DNA of 64,000 nucleotides, taken from IMG/VR virus record IMGVR_UViG_3300017560_000002, positions 3,587 through 67,586 of that record; one strand, written 5' to 3'. Positions 62,907 to 64,000 of the stretch are shown here, in pieces; position 1 is the first letter of the stretch; each line of letters begins with the position of its first letter. The translations under genes were made by a program, and so were the position numbers. Under the pieces are notes generated by a model. The model ran no database searches, had not been told where the DNA came from, and saw only the letters and a list, made by a program, of their open reading frames with translations. Source of the DNA: a virus (lineage: Duplodnaviria > Caudoviricetes).

Positions 62907-62935
62907 ACCCTACCACGACGGACCGCGCCGCGCAA
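62907..62935 (-). promoter_or_regulatory. sigma70-like extended -10 promoter
   Basis: TTGCGC-N17-TAGGGT. Confidence 0.55.
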
Positions 62936-62955
62936 TTCTGGAATTTCGTGTGCAG

Positions 62956-62970
62956 TTAACGGCTGGTAAA
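62956..62970. promoter_or_regulatory. CtrA-type box with one mismatch
   Basis: TTAA-CGGCTGG-TAAA. Confidence 0.6.
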
Positions 62971-62978
62971 TATTCGAC

Positions 62979-63018
62979 GGGCGCGCTCCTAGACCTGCCG
63001 GGAATCAGGAGCGCGCCC
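62979..63018. terminator. Hairpin, probable terminator
   Basis: 12-bp stem GGGCGCGCTCCT / AGGAGCGCGCCC. Confidence 0.55.
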
Positions 63019-63088
63019 GCCTTTAGAGGACTAGGGGAGCCACAAGGCGGTGGCCCTCAGGCTCAACCGTCGTCCTGCCGCCAGCAAA

Positions 63089-63529
63089 TCACACTGCGGG
63101 ATTAGTCGTCAAGTCCTCGTCCGGCGTCTTTTCGATGTATTCCTTGTTGCGTTCGGTGCCGAACGTCCAGACCTTATAGTCAACCTTATGGTCCGTGAAC
63201 CACTGCTCCAAGGTCTTGGCGAGCCGGGCCTCGAGATCGTTCTGCTGATCTCTGGTCGTCTCTTCGAGGCACGCACCGTCTTCGCCCCAAAGCTCTTCGT
63301 TGTTGTCCACGAAGTTATCGAGCGCGAAGCCCGCGTCGATCGCGTAAAAGGACGGCTTCTTCTTGTCGGCCTCGACGATAGTGAAGCCGTAGCCCTCGTC
63401 GTATGCGTTGTCCCTCGCGTCGTCGATGGCCTCTTGCTTTGTCCCGAAGCCGCCGTGATACTCGTCCGGCATGTTGCCGTGTCCCCAGTACCAGAGGAAC
63501 ACGCCGTCGCCGCCGTTATCACCAGCCAT
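63089..63529 (-). CDS. Acidic hypothetical protein
   Basis: ATG 63529 preceded by AAGGAGAG. Confidence 0.6.
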   Translation of the reverse strand: MAGDNGGDGVFLWYWGHGNMPDEYHGGFGTKQEAIDDARDNAYDEGYGFTIVEADKKKPSFYAIDAGFALDNFVDNNEELWGEDGACLEETTRDQQNDLEARLAKTLEQWFTDHKVDYKVWTFGTERNKEYIEKTPDEDLTTNPAV

Positions 63530-64000
63530 TTCGTCTCTCCTTCGTTTTGCGCACGGCGTCCACCAGAGTGTCCAGTGAATCCGCCATTTCCTTTTTCTCC
63601 TGCAGGATTTCAACGGCTCGCTCTTCAACCGGGCTCGCCACGAAATCCCAGCAAGTACAGGTTTCGTCCTGATCGCCGCGATGATTACGGTCCTCCATCT
63701 GCGAGCGGTAGTAATAGCTGAAACCGTTCTCGTAGAACGCCGTCTTGGTGCAGCGATCGCCTTCCGATCCGATCAGCGTGTGGCCTCGAGCCGTCGCCAC
63801 TTCCTGTCCGACGAGCACGCGACACTTGCTGTCCTCGTTGAAGCGCTTTTTCTCCTGTACGATCAGTTCCGCGTCCATCCGACCCTGAATATAGGCCGGC
63901 TCGTAACCTTCCTTGCGGAACTGGTCGAGCAACATTTTGCCGGTTTCGGTAAAGTGGTGCACGACGATCGACTTGCCGGGACCGTCGATCATCTGCTTGA
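63519..64000 (-). CDS. SF2 (SNF2-like) helicase, C-terminal part (5' end outside the window)
   Basis: Helicase-C motifs: RVLVGQ..RGHTL, FYE..F..YRSQMEDRNHRGDQ. Confidence 0.8.
   Translation of the reverse strand, partial: KQMIDGPGKSIVVHHFTETGKMLLDQFRKEGYEPAYIQGRMDAELIVQEKKRFNEDSKCRVLVGQEVATARGHTLIGSEGDRCTKTAFYENGFSYYYRSQMEDRNHRGDQDETCTCWDFVASPVEERAVEILQEKKEMADSLDTLVDAVRKTKERRNGW

Noticed and set aside
1-64000. Prophage or temperate status, and a DatZ gene
   Set aside because: No integrase, repressor, attachment site, host genes or HD-domain dATPase were recognised; they could lie outside the window, so absence is not established

Overview
A large part of a GC-rich tailed dsDNA phage genome, most likely a siphovirus of an alphaproteobacterial host (GcrA homologue, CtrA-type boxes). 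Layout: leftward replication and early genes at 1-25.1 kb; a non-coding origin/packaging region at 25.1-26.3 kb; rightward packaging, head, tail and lysis genes at 26.3-58.6 kb; leftward early and helicase genes at 58.6-64 kb. No integrase, repressor, tRNA or CRISPR array was recognised. Highlights: (1) a PurZ gene that the ORF track missed (<1..791, GGQYGSEAKG), close to a family-A polymerase with an aberrant O-helix and dNTP-pool enzymes, pointing to a 2-aminoadenine (Z) genome; (2) eight TTAA-N7-TTAA (CtrA-type) boxes, seven in near 10-bp helical register upstream of sigma70-like promoters, plus GcrA-, DnaA-CTD- and NrdR-like genes; (3) a portal fused to an Acb1-like 2H phosphoesterase; (4) a 7-gene sugar dehydrogenase / ATP-grasp / methyltransferase / glycosyltransferase cassette inside the head operon, a candidate virion-glycosylation system; (5) several small oddities (a three-member paralogous domain, an SSB-tail mimic, a PolA-motif mini-protein, a candidate sRNA). 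All family calls come from motif recognition by eye; no searches were run.
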